NCBI GenBank assembly: GCA_023544525.1
Contig: JAMJFU010000002.1
Location: forward strand, 1-56,854
Reading direction: 5' to 3'
Source: Anaerolineae bacterium
GTDB taxonomy: Bacteria; Chloroflexota; Anaerolineae; JAAYZQ01
DNA length: 56,854 nt
This document shows, in pieces, positions 1-7,992 of this stretch; the stretch's first letter is position 1; every line of letters begins with the position of its first letter. The position numbers and the translations under genes are program-made. The notes beneath the pieces were generated by a model, which saw only the letters and a list, made by a program, of their open reading frames with translations, made no database searches and was not told the origin of the DNA.

Positions 1-1703
1 AACTGCCCCCGCGGCGTCGGCGTTTCGTAGAAGCGTTGGGGCACGTCCTCTGTATCGGCCTCAAAGCCCAGGCGCTCACGCAGGCGGATCCGCTGCCAGT
101 AGACGCGCTGGCCCAGGGCTTGCAGCTCCTCCACGCTACGCGGGATGCCGACGCTCTCCAGTGCGCGGCTGATCGTCTCCAGGTCATAGACGCCGCGGGC
201 AAAGAGGCAGATGGCGACGCTGGTCTGGACGATGCGCTCCGCCTCGTCGGCGATGATGCGGTCGATGATACCCTCGTCGGTGTAGGGATCCAGCTTCTGG
301 TCGATGCTGTAGCCTGCGTTGTCTAGGTGGGAGTGCCGGGCACCCAGCAGGTGTCCCAGGACGTGGGCGTAGCCGGTCCAATAGCCGGCGATGCCCTGCC
401 CGCCAACGGCGGCGACAAACTCCTCGCCGCCAAAGTGGCGGGCCGCGGGTACTTCGCCCTGGCCCAGCCAATGCCCGACCTCCGAGTCGCCGGAGACGAT
501 GGCTTCTACCGCCTGGGCATAGCGCCCGGCGTCCCCCCAGCGAAGGTCGATGCCCCCAAACTGCTCGGGCCGTATCACCCCCCGTTCCGTGGCCTCGGTG
601 GCCCAGGCCAGCGCCGTGCCGCAGGAAATGATGTCCATCCCGGCCTTGTCAATGTCCTCGATGAGGCGCAGGACGTCACCCCGGTCGCCGACGCCGAGCA
701 GGGAGCCAACGGCATAGATCAGTTCGTGGTCGTAGGGCACCAGGGTGTGTTCGTACTCCCAGCCGGGGGCAAAAGGGCGGCGATATAGGGCCACGTGGAT
801 GCAGCCTATCTGGCAGCCGGCACAGGCTCGCTTCATGATCAGCTCGCCGTCGGCAAAGGCCTCGCCGCTTATCTCGGCTGCCTCGCTAAAATAGCCCTGG
901 CGCACATTGAAGCTGGGCAACGCACCCAGCTCGTTCAGGGGCACCACGTTGACCGGCGTGCCCAACTCGTGGTACTTTTTCATGGCGTCGGTATGCAGGA
1001 CCCGGTCAAAGACCCCGCTATAGGTCTTTTTGTACGCGCGATGGTTCTCGGGCAGGTCGATGTGCTGCCGGCCGATGACGGCAATGGCCTTGAGGTTCTT
1101 GCTGCCAAAGAGGGCGCCCAGGCCCAACCGCCCGAAATGGCGGAAGGTATCGACGTTGACGTTGGCATAACGGATGCCCCGCTCACCGGCCGGCCCAATG
1201 CGGATGATGGAGCGGTGGCCCGCCCCCTCGATCCGGTCGCGGATCACCCGGCCCGTCTCGATGGTGTTCATGCCGGCCAGGGGCTGGGCGGGTCGGATCT
1301 CGACCTGCTCACCATCGATGACCAGGTAGACGGGGTGCCGCGCAGCACCGGTGACGACCAGGGCATCGTAGCCAGCGTAGCGCAGCGACGAGGCAAAATT
1401 CCCCCCTGCGTGGCTCTCACCATACTCGCCCGTCAAGGGTGAGCGGAAGGTGGCAGCGGTTTTGGTCACAACGGGAAAGATGGTGGTCAGCGGTCCGATG
1501 GCAAAAATGATGGGCTGGGCCGGGTCCAGGGCATCGGCGTCGTTGTGGACCAGTTCGTCCAGCAGCTTGACCGCCACCCCCGTTCCGCCCAGGTAATCGC
1601 GGAACAGGTCCTCCCGGTCCTCGACCCGGCTCTCGCCCGTGGTCAGGTCCACGTGCAGAATTCTGATTACGTTGTTATTGAGCATGCGTGTGCTATTCTC
1701 CAT
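1..1703 (-). CDS. Aldehyde:ferredoxin oxidoreductase (tungsten/molybdopterin AOR family); C-terminus runs off the left edge
   Basis: Not in the ORF track because it has no stop in the window. My translation of the minus strand from ATG 1703 (alternative ATG 1685) stays open to position 1. It reads MENSTRMLNNNVIRILHVDLTTGESRVEDRE...GPLTTIFPVVTKTAATFRSPLTGEYGESHAGGNF...KRACAGCQIGCIHV...GARHSHLDNAGYS...PQRFYETP, which are typical AOR motifs. The plus-strand ORFs listed at 36..1442 are Ala/Gly/Arg-rich shadows. Confidence 0.85.
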   Translation of the reverse strand, partial: MENSTRMLNNNVIRILHVDLTTGESRVEDREDLFRDYLGGTGVAVKLLDELVHNDADALDPAQPIIFAIGPLTTIFPVVTKTAATFRSPLTGEYGESHAGGNFASSLRYAGYDALVVTGAARHPVYLVIDGEQVEIRPAQPLAGMNTIETGRVIRDRIEGAGHRSIIRIGPAGERGIRYANVNVDTFRHFGRLGLGALFGSKNLKAIAVIGRQHIDLPENHRAYKKTYSGVFDRVLHTDAMKKYHELGTPVNVVPLNELGALPSFNVRQGYFSEAAEISGEAFADGELIMKRACAGCQIGCIHVALYRRPFAPGWEYEHTLVPYDHELIYAVGSLLGVGDRGDVLRLIEDIDKAGMDIISCGTALAWATEATERGVIRPEQFGGIDLRWGDAGRYAQAVEAIVSGDSEVGHWLGQGEVPAARHFGGEEFVAAVGGQGIAGYWTGYAHVLGHLLGARHSHLDNAGYSIDQKLDPYTDEGIIDRIIADEAERIVQTSVAICLFARGVYDLETISRALESVGIPRSVEELQALGQRVYWQRIRLRERLGFEADTEDVPQRFYETPTPRGQ

Positions 1704-1713
1704 CTATGGGTTA

Positions 1714-1803
1714 CACAGAGAGGCACGGAGCATACACAGAGGTTCACAGAGGATTCTAAGGTCTTCTCTGTGAGCCTCTGCGCCTTCTCTGTGTATCTCT
1801 GGG
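1714..1803. repeat. Intercistronic array of heptamer CACAGAG (x3) followed by its complement CTCTGTG (x2, plus CTCTGGG)
   Basis: CACAGAG at 1714-1720, 1735-1741 and 1745-1751. CTCTGTG at 1766-1772 and 1787-1793, and CTCTGGG at 1797-1803. The outer flanks GGTTAC (1709-1714) and GTAACC (1803-1808) are complementary. It lies between the ferredoxin stop (1829) and the AOR start (1703). Confidence 0.8.
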
Positions 1804-1828
1804 TAACCATACCCTGTCCTCGTGCTAC

Positions 1829-2248
1829 CTACTCCGCACTCACTTCAACCATCTCCAGGCAGTCGTGAGGGCAAAAGCGCACGCACTGCCCGCAAAAGAC
1901 ACAAACGATGGGCTTGTCCTCTTCCTCGTCCCAGCCGATCACCTGCACCGGGCAAGCCTCGACGCATTTGTGGCAACTGATGCATTCGGCCTTGCGATAG
2001 ACCATGCCCCGGCCGCCGGCACGCGGCGTGAGGGCGTCGGTGGGGCAGGCTTCGACGCAGGGCACCGGCTCGGCGCAGGCGGTGCAAATGTTGGCCACCA
2101 TGCGGCCCATGACGCCGCCCCGGCTCCGGATCTGGATGGCACTCTTGTGAGGTGAGTAGCTGTTGTATATCATGCGTGCACAGGCCAGCATGCACGAGTC
2201 ACAGGCAATGCAGCGCGCCATGCGAGGCGCGCTCAGGATCTTGGGCAT
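1829..2248 (-). CDS. 4Fe-4S dicluster ferredoxin-type protein (polyferredoxin, likely AOR electron partner)
   Basis: Track ORF 1829..2287. Cys clusters CIACDSCMLAC, CTACAEPVPCVEACP, CISCHKCVEACP and CVFCGQCVRFCP. I prefer the start at ATG 2248 (MPKILSAP...) because it has a purine-rich RBS. Confidence 0.85.
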   Translation of the reverse strand: MPKILSAPRMARCIACDSCMLACARMIYNSYSPHKSAIQIRSRGGVMGRMVANICTACAEPVPCVEACPTDALTPRAGGRGMVYRKAECISCHKCVEACPVQVIGWDEEEDKPIVCVFCGQCVRFCPHDCLEMVEVSAE

Positions 2249-2310
2249 TGCTTTCCTCTTTCCTAGACACTGCGCCGAGGCAGCCATTCTTCAGGAAGAG
2301 CGATTCCTGT

Positions 2311-3336
2311 TCAGGAGATGATGTTGGGATCGACGGCGTACCACCACCAATTGTTGGCGATGCTGGAGGTGTCTCCCGGTGCCTTGGGCAGATGCTCCAG
2401 CCACCACCGATGATGGGCGCGGATCTCACCATTCCCCCATTCCTGGCAGTTGACCTGGCGGATGATCCCCTGGAATGTGGGAAAGTTCAACCAATCATCG
2501 CAGTTGCTGGACACAAAGGCGGGATTTCCCCAGTCATAGTCGCCCCGGCTGTTTGGTGCAAAGTGCACGTTGCCGCAGTTGGCTTGTCCTGGGGCGATCA
2601 TGTCGTACAGCGTAAAGCGTCTCCAGAGATTGTGCTCGGGGTCGTCCCCGAAATTACGCCACACCCGGCTCAGGTGGGACTCGATGCGATGTCCAAAGCT
2701 CTCCAGCATCTCGCCCACGCCCCGCTCAAAGTTAAAGCCCATGATCACAAAACGGCGCGAGACATCCTCCCGTTCCATCGGGGGAGCGTTGCACCAGAAG
2801 GCGCCCGGGCCCACCATGCGCGATTCATAGAAGCCGGCAAAGGGTGAGGCAAGGAGCCAGACCTCGTCGATCCGGCCCAGCTCGACCCTGGCCGGGATAT
2901 CGAAACTGGCCAGGATGGCCTCATAGTCAACGGCATCGGGGTCATGCCAACCCGAACCGCTGTGCCAGCAACGGAGGTAGGTGTCAGGATCGTAGCGAAA
3001 GCCGTCCACTTTGACCGGCCAGTCCGCGACCTCGATGCGCTCGGCGATCTGATAATCGATCCAGCCACCGCTGCACTCCCTCAGGTCGGCGATGTAGGCG
3101 TTGCACAGCTGGTCGGGATCGTTCCAGCCTAACACCTGAGTAAGCTTGCGGTTGCCTTGGGAGCGGATGACGGGGTTGTAGATGATCAGCAGAACCCGCG
3201 GCTGGAGAGACCCGGGTAGATCGTCCACGTCCACCGGTTCGGGGGCAGGCCTATCTCCCGGAGAGCCTGCCAAGAGCCGTGAGAGTTGCGCCCAGAGTTC
3301 TTGCCACAAGTTCTTGAATTCGCTTTGGAAACTCAT
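2311..3336 (-). CDS. Conserved-looking hypothetical protein, Trp/Cys-rich, no family recognised
   Basis: Track ORF 2311..3384. I prefer ATG 3336 (MSFQSEFKNLW...), which has GGAGGTG 6 nt upstream and lies downstream of the predicted promoter. High-GC third positions. Motifs include CGNVHFAPNSRGDYDW, HHRWWLEHLP and NNWWWYAVDP. Confidence 0.7.
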   Translation of the reverse strand: MSFQSEFKNLWQELWAQLSRLLAGSPGDRPAPEPVDVDDLPGSLQPRVLLIIYNPVIRSQGNRKLTQVLGWNDPDQLCNAYIADLRECSGGWIDYQIAERIEVADWPVKVDGFRYDPDTYLRCWHSGSGWHDPDAVDYEAILASFDIPARVELGRIDEVWLLASPFAGFYESRMVGPGAFWCNAPPMEREDVSRRFVIMGFNFERGVGEMLESFGHRIESHLSRVWRNFGDDPEHNLWRRFTLYDMIAPGQANCGNVHFAPNSRGDYDWGNPAFVSSNCDDWLNFPTFQGIIRQVNCQEWGNGEIRAHHRWWLEHLPKAPGDTSSIANNWWWYAVDPNIIS

Positions 3337-3410
3337 ACTCGCACCTCCGCAGATACGATGGCCGGGTCTCATTACCCGTGTCAATGGCGAGCAGGTTGGC
3401 GCCTGAGAGG

Positions 3411-3439
3411 ATTATACCACTGCGTGATGTGCGGCGCAA
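3411..3439 (-). promoter_or_regulatory. Sigma-70-like promoter TTGCGC-N17-TATAAT with extended -10 (TGg)
   Basis: On the minus strand, -35 is TTGCGC (3434-3439) and -10 is TATAAT (3411-3416), preceded by TGG. It sits upstream of the hypothetical gene at 2311..3336. Confidence 0.45.
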
Positions 3440-3480
3440 CCCAGGCGGGCCCGGGCCGCGGCAGGGCCCGCGTGCCCCAA

Positions 3481-3519
3481 CAAAAAAGCCTCTGGCAGGT
3501 TTGCGTACCTGCCAGGGGC
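3481..3519 (-). terminator. Rho-independent terminator of the EF-G gene
   Basis: Stem of 9 perfect bp, CTGGCAGGT (3492-3500) with ACCTGCCAG (3507-3515), extendable to about 13 bp. On the minus strand it is followed by TTTTTTG (3481-3487). It lies 25 nt after the EF-G stop. Confidence 0.7.
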
Positions 3520-3543
3520 TGACTTGTGCCTGGTGCGCGGCGC

Positions 3544-5634
3544 CTAGTAGGAGGCTTCGCGCTCCTGCACCAGCTCGGGCGAGATGGGGGCATAGTGGTC
3601 AAACTCCATGACAAAGGTGCCCCGGCCTTGCGTGCGGGAGCGCAGCGTGGTCGCATAGCCGAACATCAAGGCCAGGGGTACGTCGGCCTGGATCGATTGG
3701 CCGCTGCCATTGCGGCTGTCGATGCCGGTGATGCTGGCCTGGCGCGAGCTCAGGTCGCCTATCACATCTCCGGTATAGTCGTCCGGTGTCACCACCTCGA
3801 CGTGCATGATCGGCTCCAACATTACGGGGCCCGCCTTGGACACCGCCTGGCGCAGGGCCATTGAGGCTGCTGTGCGGAAGGCCATGTCCGACGAGTCCAC
3901 GTCGTGAGCCTTGCCATCGACGAGGGCGACTTTGAGGTCGACCATCGGATGATCGCCCAACACGCCCTTGGTCATTGCATCGCGGATGCCGGCTTCGATG
4001 GCAGAGACGAACTGGCGGGGCACGGCGCCACCGACGACCTTGTTCTCAAAGACAAAGCCTTCGCCGGAAGGCAGCGGCTCTACCTCGATCTCGACGACCG
4101 CGAACTGGCCTCGACCACCGGACTGCTTGACCAGCCGGGCCTCGGCCGACGATGGCCGGGTGATGGTCTCATAGTAGGCCACCTGGGGGCGTCCCACGTT
4201 GGTGCCCACGCCGAATTCGCGGCGCAGACGCTCCAATACGACCTCCAGGTGCAACTCGCCCATGCCCGACAGCACTGTCTGGCCCAGGCGGTCGTCCTGG
4301 CGGATCTGCAGGGTAGGGTCCTCCTCCAAGAGGCGGTGCAACGCTTCGCCGAGCTTATCCTGGTCGGCCTTGGTGCGGGGCTCAATCGCCAGCTCGATGA
4401 CAGGTGCCGGGAACGTGATCTGTTCCAAGACCACCGGCCGCTGCTCGTCGCACAGGGTGTCGCCGGTGGTGGTCGCCTTCAGGCCGAGCACGGCCCCGAT
4501 GTCGCCCGCCCGGATCTCATCCACCTCTTCGCGCCGGTCGGCGTGCATGCGGACCAGGCGCCCGATCCTCTCGCGTTCTCGGGAAGCCGGATTCAACAGC
4601 GTTTCGCCGCGCTTGACGACGCCCGAGTAGACGCGGAAGTAGCTAAGCCGGCCCATATAGGGGTCGGTGCTGACCTTAAAGATCAGTGCGGCGGTCGGCG
4701 CCTCTGGATCGGCCGGGCAGGCCACCTGCTCACCGGTTTCGGGATCAGTAGCGGGCATGGGCGGGACGTCTGTGGGCGACGGCAAGTAGGCGACCACGGC
4801 ATCCAGAAGTAGCTGCACACCCTTGTTGCGCAGGGCAGTTCCAGCCAGAACGGGCACGATCTCCCCGGCGAGGGTCGCGCGACGCAGGACGTCGCGCAGC
4901 ATCTCGGGCGACGGGTCTTCGCCCTCCAGGTAGCGCTCGGCTAGCTCGAGGCTGCCTTCCACCTCCAGCTCTGCGAGCGTCTCGATCAGCTCTGTGCGGC
5001 GGCGAGATACTTCGGCTTGATACTCCTGGGGCACGTCTGCCACCGTCGGCTGGGTGTGATCCTCTCCGCAGAAGAGGATGGCCTTATCTTCGAGCAAATC
5101 CACGATGCCGCAGAAATCACTCTCTTTGCCCAGGGGCATCTGCACGGCCACCGGCTTTGCGCCGAGCCGCTTGCGGATGCTTTCGATGGTTCGCCAGTAG
5201 TCGGCGCCGATGCGGTCCAGCTTGTTGACAAAGCAGATGCGCGGCACATTGTAGCGGTCCGCCTGGCGCCAGACCGTTTCCGACTGGGGCTCGACCCCCG
5301 CCACGCCGTCAAAGATGACGACACCACCGTCGAGGACGCGCAGACTGCGCTGCACCTCGGCGGTAAAGTCGATGTGGCCCGGCGTATCGATGATGTTGAT
5401 CTGGTGGTCACGCCATTCCGTCGAAATGGCCGCCGACTGGATCGTGATCCCCCGCTCGCGCTCCTGGTCCATGAAATCGGTCACCGTGGTGCCCTCGTCG
5501 ACGTTGCCCAGGCGGTGAGTGCGCCCGCTGTAGAACAGCACGCGCTCGGTCACCGTCGTCTTGCCAGCGTCGATGTGGGCAATGATGCCGATGTTTCTTA
5601 TTCTATCTAGTTTTCCGTTTTTGACCTTCGCCAT
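3544..5634 (-). CDS. fusA: Elongation factor G (stand-alone copy, possibly a paralog)
   Basis: Track ORF 3544..5754. Real start is probably ATG 5634 ([27 protein letters not shown]...) with a GGGAG RBS. G-domain motifs [17 protein letters not shown] and NKLD, and colinear EF-G domains II-V. Confidence 0.95.
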   Translation of the reverse strand: MAKVKNGKLDRIRNIGIIAHIDAGKTTVTERVLFYSGRTHRLGNVDEGTTVTDFMDQERERGITIQSAAISTEWRDHQINIIDTPGHIDFTAEVQRSLRVLDGGVVIFDGVAGVEPQSETVWRQADRYNVPRICFVNKLDRIGADYWRTIESIRKRLGAKPVAVQMPLGKESDFCGIVDLLEDKAILFCGEDHTQPTVADVPQEYQAEVSRRRTELIETLAELEVEGSLELAERYLEGEDPSPEMLRDVLRRATLAGEIVPVLAGTALRNKGVQLLLDAVVAYLPSPTDVPPMPATDPETGEQVACPADPEAPTAALIFKVSTDPYMGRLSYFRVYSGVVKRGETLLNPASRERERIGRLVRMHADRREEVDEIRAGDIGAVLGLKATTTGDTLCDEQRPVVLEQITFPAPVIELAIEPRTKADQDKLGEALHRLLEEDPTLQIRQDDRLGQTVLSGMGELHLEVVLERLRREFGVGTNVGRPQVAYYETITRPSSAEARLVKQSGGRGQFAVVEIEVEPLPSGEGFVFENKVVGGAVPRQFVSAIEAGIRDAMTKGVLGDHPMVDLKVALVDGKAHDVDSSDMAFRTAASMALRQAVSKAGPVMLEPIMHVEVVTPDDYTGDVIGDLSSRQASITGIDSRNGSGQSIQADVPLALMFGYATTLRSRTQGRGTFVMEFDHYAPISPELVQEREASY

Positions 5635-5789
5635 CTCAAAACTCCCTCGGACAACCCCACTGCCATGCAGGCATAAAGATAGGCGGCTCATCGATCTGCG
5701 CATAACTGCAACTCTGCAGTGATGAGGCCGCCCGCAAGGTCGTCCTTCATGCACAACTTGCGCCGGGTTCTATGACCCGGCGCAGCATT

Positions 5790-5817
5790 ATTCTAGCACA
5801 ATCCACGCCAAAGTCAA
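5790..5817 (-). promoter_or_regulatory. Promoter TTGACT-N16-TAGAAT with extended -10 (TGc) for EF-G
   Basis: On the minus strand, -35 is at 5812-5817 and -10 is at 5790-5795. A 9-bp hairpin, GCGCCGGGT (5760-5768) with ACCCGGCGC (5775-5783), sits at the predicted 5' end of the transcript. Confidence 0.45.
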
Positions 5818-5920
5818 AATCATGACAAGCCTGCGGCGGGGGTATTCCCGGATGCACTCCGGTCCGCGGCGCTGCAGCTGGCCCGGCCAGGCCGCCCAGA
5901 GGCTTTCGCTCCCCAGTTCT

Positions 5921-5960
5921 GGCAAAATGAAAGGGGCTGAGGGAATCCCCATCAGCCCCT
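5921..5960 (-). terminator. Rho-independent terminator after the Hsp20 genes
   Basis: Stem AGGGGCTGA (5932-5940) with TCAGCCCCT (5952-5960). On the minus strand it is followed by TTCATTTTGCC. It lies 27 nt after the stop at 5987. Confidence 0.6.
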
Positions 5961-5986
5961 GAGTGCTCGTTCTTACGCGCAGGACG

Positions 5987-6439
5987 CTACTTCTCGCCCG
6001 CACCCCTGACCTTGATCACCTTGGGCCGGACCTCTTCGGCCTTGGGGATGGTGAGCGTAAGCACGCCGTTCTCAAATACTGCCTCGGCGTCCTCGGGCTT
6101 GATCGGGGTATTCAGGGTCAAAGTCCGGCTGAAGGGACCATGCCGCCGCTCTTGGATGACATAGTCAACGTTCTCCAGCGGTGCCGGCGTGGTGCCCCGG
6201 ATGGTCAGCGTCTCACCCTCGATGGTGATCTCTACATCCTCCGCTGCCAGGCCTGGCACGGAAGCCTTGATCACCAATTCATCGGGCGTGGCATAGGCGT
6301 CAATGGCCAGGAGATCGGTCTGCTGGCTGCGGCGCCAATCGTAGCCGCGCCGGCCATAGGCCTCGTCAAATAGCCTGTCCATCGCCTGCTGCATCGTCAC
6401 CAGGTTGTTCATCGGATCCCAGATGTTTCGTCGAGCCAT
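5987..6439 (-). CDS. Small heat-shock protein, Hsp20/alpha-crystallin family
   Basis: 150 aa. Alpha-crystallin domain pattern (DAYATPDELVIKASVPGLAAEDVEITIEGETLTIRG...F.R...L...V....A.FENGVLTLTIPK). Confidence 0.9.
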   Translation of the reverse strand: MARRNIWDPMNNLVTMQQAMDRLFDEAYGRRGYDWRRSQQTDLLAIDAYATPDELVIKASVPGLAAEDVEITIEGETLTIRGTTPAPLENVDYVIQERRHGPFSRTLTLNTPIKPEDAEAVFENGVLTLTIPKAEEVRPKVIKVRGAGEK

Positions 6440-6525
6440 GTTCTATCTCCTCTCCCTGAGCTCTTTGGTTTGGTATAGGGACCGGGAGCGGGACCTCTGT
6501 CCCCACTCCCAGCCAGGGCAGGAAC

Positions 6526-6975
6526 CTATTCCTGCTTGCTCGTGACCTTGATGCTCTTGGGCTTGACTTCTTCGGTCTTGGGGAAGGTCAGCTTCAAGAT
6601 GCCATCGCTGTAATCTGCTTCGGCCTTGTCTGCCTCCAGGCCTCCCGGCAGGGTGACAGAGCGGCAGTAGGAGCCAAACCGGCGCTCGCGCCGCAGATAG
6701 TTCTCTCGCTTGACCTCTTCCTCTTCCTTGGTCTCGGCCCGTACGGTGAGGGTGTCACCCGTCACCGAGATGTCAATATCGTCGGCCTTGACACCAGGGA
6801 TGGCCGTCTTGACAATCACGCTCTCGTCGGTCTCGTACATGTCGACAGACAGCGAGCCTTCGCTCCAACCAAAGGGCACGGGCGGGCGGAAGCCACTCTC
6901 TTCGAACATGCGGTCCATCGCGTCCCTTAAGGACACCATATCACGGAAGGGTTCCCATCGAACAATGCTTGCCAT
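6526..6975 (-). CDS. Small heat-shock protein, Hsp20/alpha-crystallin family (second tandem copy)
   Basis: 149 aa. VDMYETDESVIVKTAIPGVKADDIDISVTGDTLTVRAE...RRERRFGSYCRSVTLP...A.YSDGILKLTFPK. AAGGAGG RBS. Confidence 0.9.
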   Translation of the reverse strand: MASIVRWEPFRDMVSLRDAMDRMFEESGFRPPVPFGWSEGSLSVDMYETDESVIVKTAIPGVKADDIDISVTGDTLTVRAETKEEEEVKRENYLRRERRFGSYCRSVTLPGGLEADKAEADYSDGILKLTFPKTEEVKPKSIKVTSKQE

Positions 6976-7039
6976 TTTACTACCTCCTTAGCCTTTCAGG
7001 ATCGTACTCCGAATTCTGGTTCGATTGTAGGCGGGCAGT

Positions 7040-7073
7040 GTTAGATCTACATTGGAGAAACGTTAGAGATCTA
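7040..7073. promoter_or_regulatory. Two GATC-containing repeats, GTTAGATCTA and GTTAGAGATCTA, in the divergent hsp20/ABC-2 control region (candidate operator)
   Basis: GTTAGATCTA at 7040-7049 contains the palindrome TAGATCTA. GTTAGAGATCTA is at 7062-7073. A minus-strand TACAAT (-10-like, 7024-7029) lies just downstream toward hsp20. Confidence 0.3.
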
Positions 7074-7100
7074 TTAGACTTTCTTCGTAGTGGCCGGTTC

Positions 7101-7129
7101 TTGTCGGCAGGCAAAGGACGTGATAGAAT
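7101..7129 (+). promoter_or_regulatory. Promoter TTGTCG-N17-TAGAAT with extended -10 (TGa)
   Basis: -35 at 7101-7106, -10 at 7124-7129, TG at 7121-7122. About 20 nt upstream of ATG 7150. Confidence 0.45.
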
Positions 7130-7149
7130 GGTCCGCGCTGAGGACGAGC

Positions 7150-7992
7150 ATGCTCGGCCGAGAAAGGGCAGAAGTGAATCGAGGCGTGGAGCTGTTCTTG
7201 CGCACGATCGTGGCGCGAGCCTACCCCCGGGTCATCGGAGCCAACCGGGAGAAGAGCTGGATATTCTTCGAGACACTGCTGCCACTGCTGTCGGTGGCAG
7301 CCTACGTCTTTTTCTACCGGGCCATCCAGGCACCGGAGGAATACATTGGCCTGGTGGTGGTCGGTGGAGCGATGACGGCCTATTGGCTGAACGTCCTGTG
7401 GTCGATGAGCGCCCAGCTCTATTGGGACAAGGACGCGGGGAACCTGACGCTCTATATCGCCGCGCCCAGTTCGCTCATGGCCATCCTCCTGGGTATGGCT
7501 GTAGGTGGGCTGTTCATGACAACTACGCGGGCGGTGGCGATCATTGCCGCGGGTTGGCTCCTGTTCGGGGTGCAGTTCTCGCTGCAGTACTGGGCCTTGT
7601 TGCTGCTGACATTCATCATCACCATGGCTGCGCTCTATGGCCTGGGCATGGTCTTTGCCTCGGTATTCCTGCTCTGGGGCCGCGAAGCGTGGCACATCTC
7701 CAACCTGCTCCAGGAGCCGATCTACCTGGCCTCGGGCTTTTACTTTCCGGTCAAAGCGCTCGGTTTCTGGGTGGCTTCCGCTGCTTCGCTCATCCCGCTT
7801 ACCCTGGGCCTGGATGCCATGCGCCAGCTCCTCTTCCCTACCGGCCCCACGCTGGGATTCCTGGACGTACAGCTCGAGATCGGTATCCTTGTGGGCCTGG
7901 CGTTGATCTTTGTCACGGCCAGCAAGTTCGCCCTGGACTATATGGAGGGCCGGGCGAAGCAAGAGGGCCGTCTGACGGAGAGGAGGCGGTAA
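7150..7992 (+). CDS. ABC-2 type transporter permease
   Basis: Track ORF 7090..7992. I chose ATG 7150 (GAGGA RBS, downstream of the promoter). Multi-pass hydrophobic protein with ABC-2-like topology. Confidence 0.75.
   Translation: MLGRERAEVNRGVELFLRTIVARAYPRVIGANREKSWIFFETLLPLLSVAAYVFFYRAIQAPEEYIGLVVVGGAMTAYWLNVLWSMSAQLYWDKDAGNLTLYIAAPSSLMAILLGMAVGGLFMTTTRAVAIIAAGWLLFGVQFSLQYWALLLLTFIITMAALYGLGMVFASVFLLWGREAWHISNLLQEPIYLASGFYFPVKALGFWVASAASLIPLTLGLDAMRQLLFPTGPTLGFLDVQLEIGILVGLALIFVTASKFALDYMEGRAKQEGRLTERRR

Noticed and set aside
5635-5754. N-terminal 40-aa extension of EF-G in the ORF track. Similar extensions occur on the ferredoxin, Dam, FtsK, BMP SBP, LeuC, ABC ATPase 46652, both BMC-P genes and the LysM/TolB-like protein.
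   Set aside because: The extensions lack homology to the family N-termini, precede good RBS and start combinations, and in several cases lie upstream of the predicted promoter. I treated them as non-coding leader.
5788-6003. 71-aa minus-strand ORF between hsp20 and EF-G
   Set aside because: It spans the hsp20 terminator and the EF-G promoter, has no RBS, and has an odd composition.
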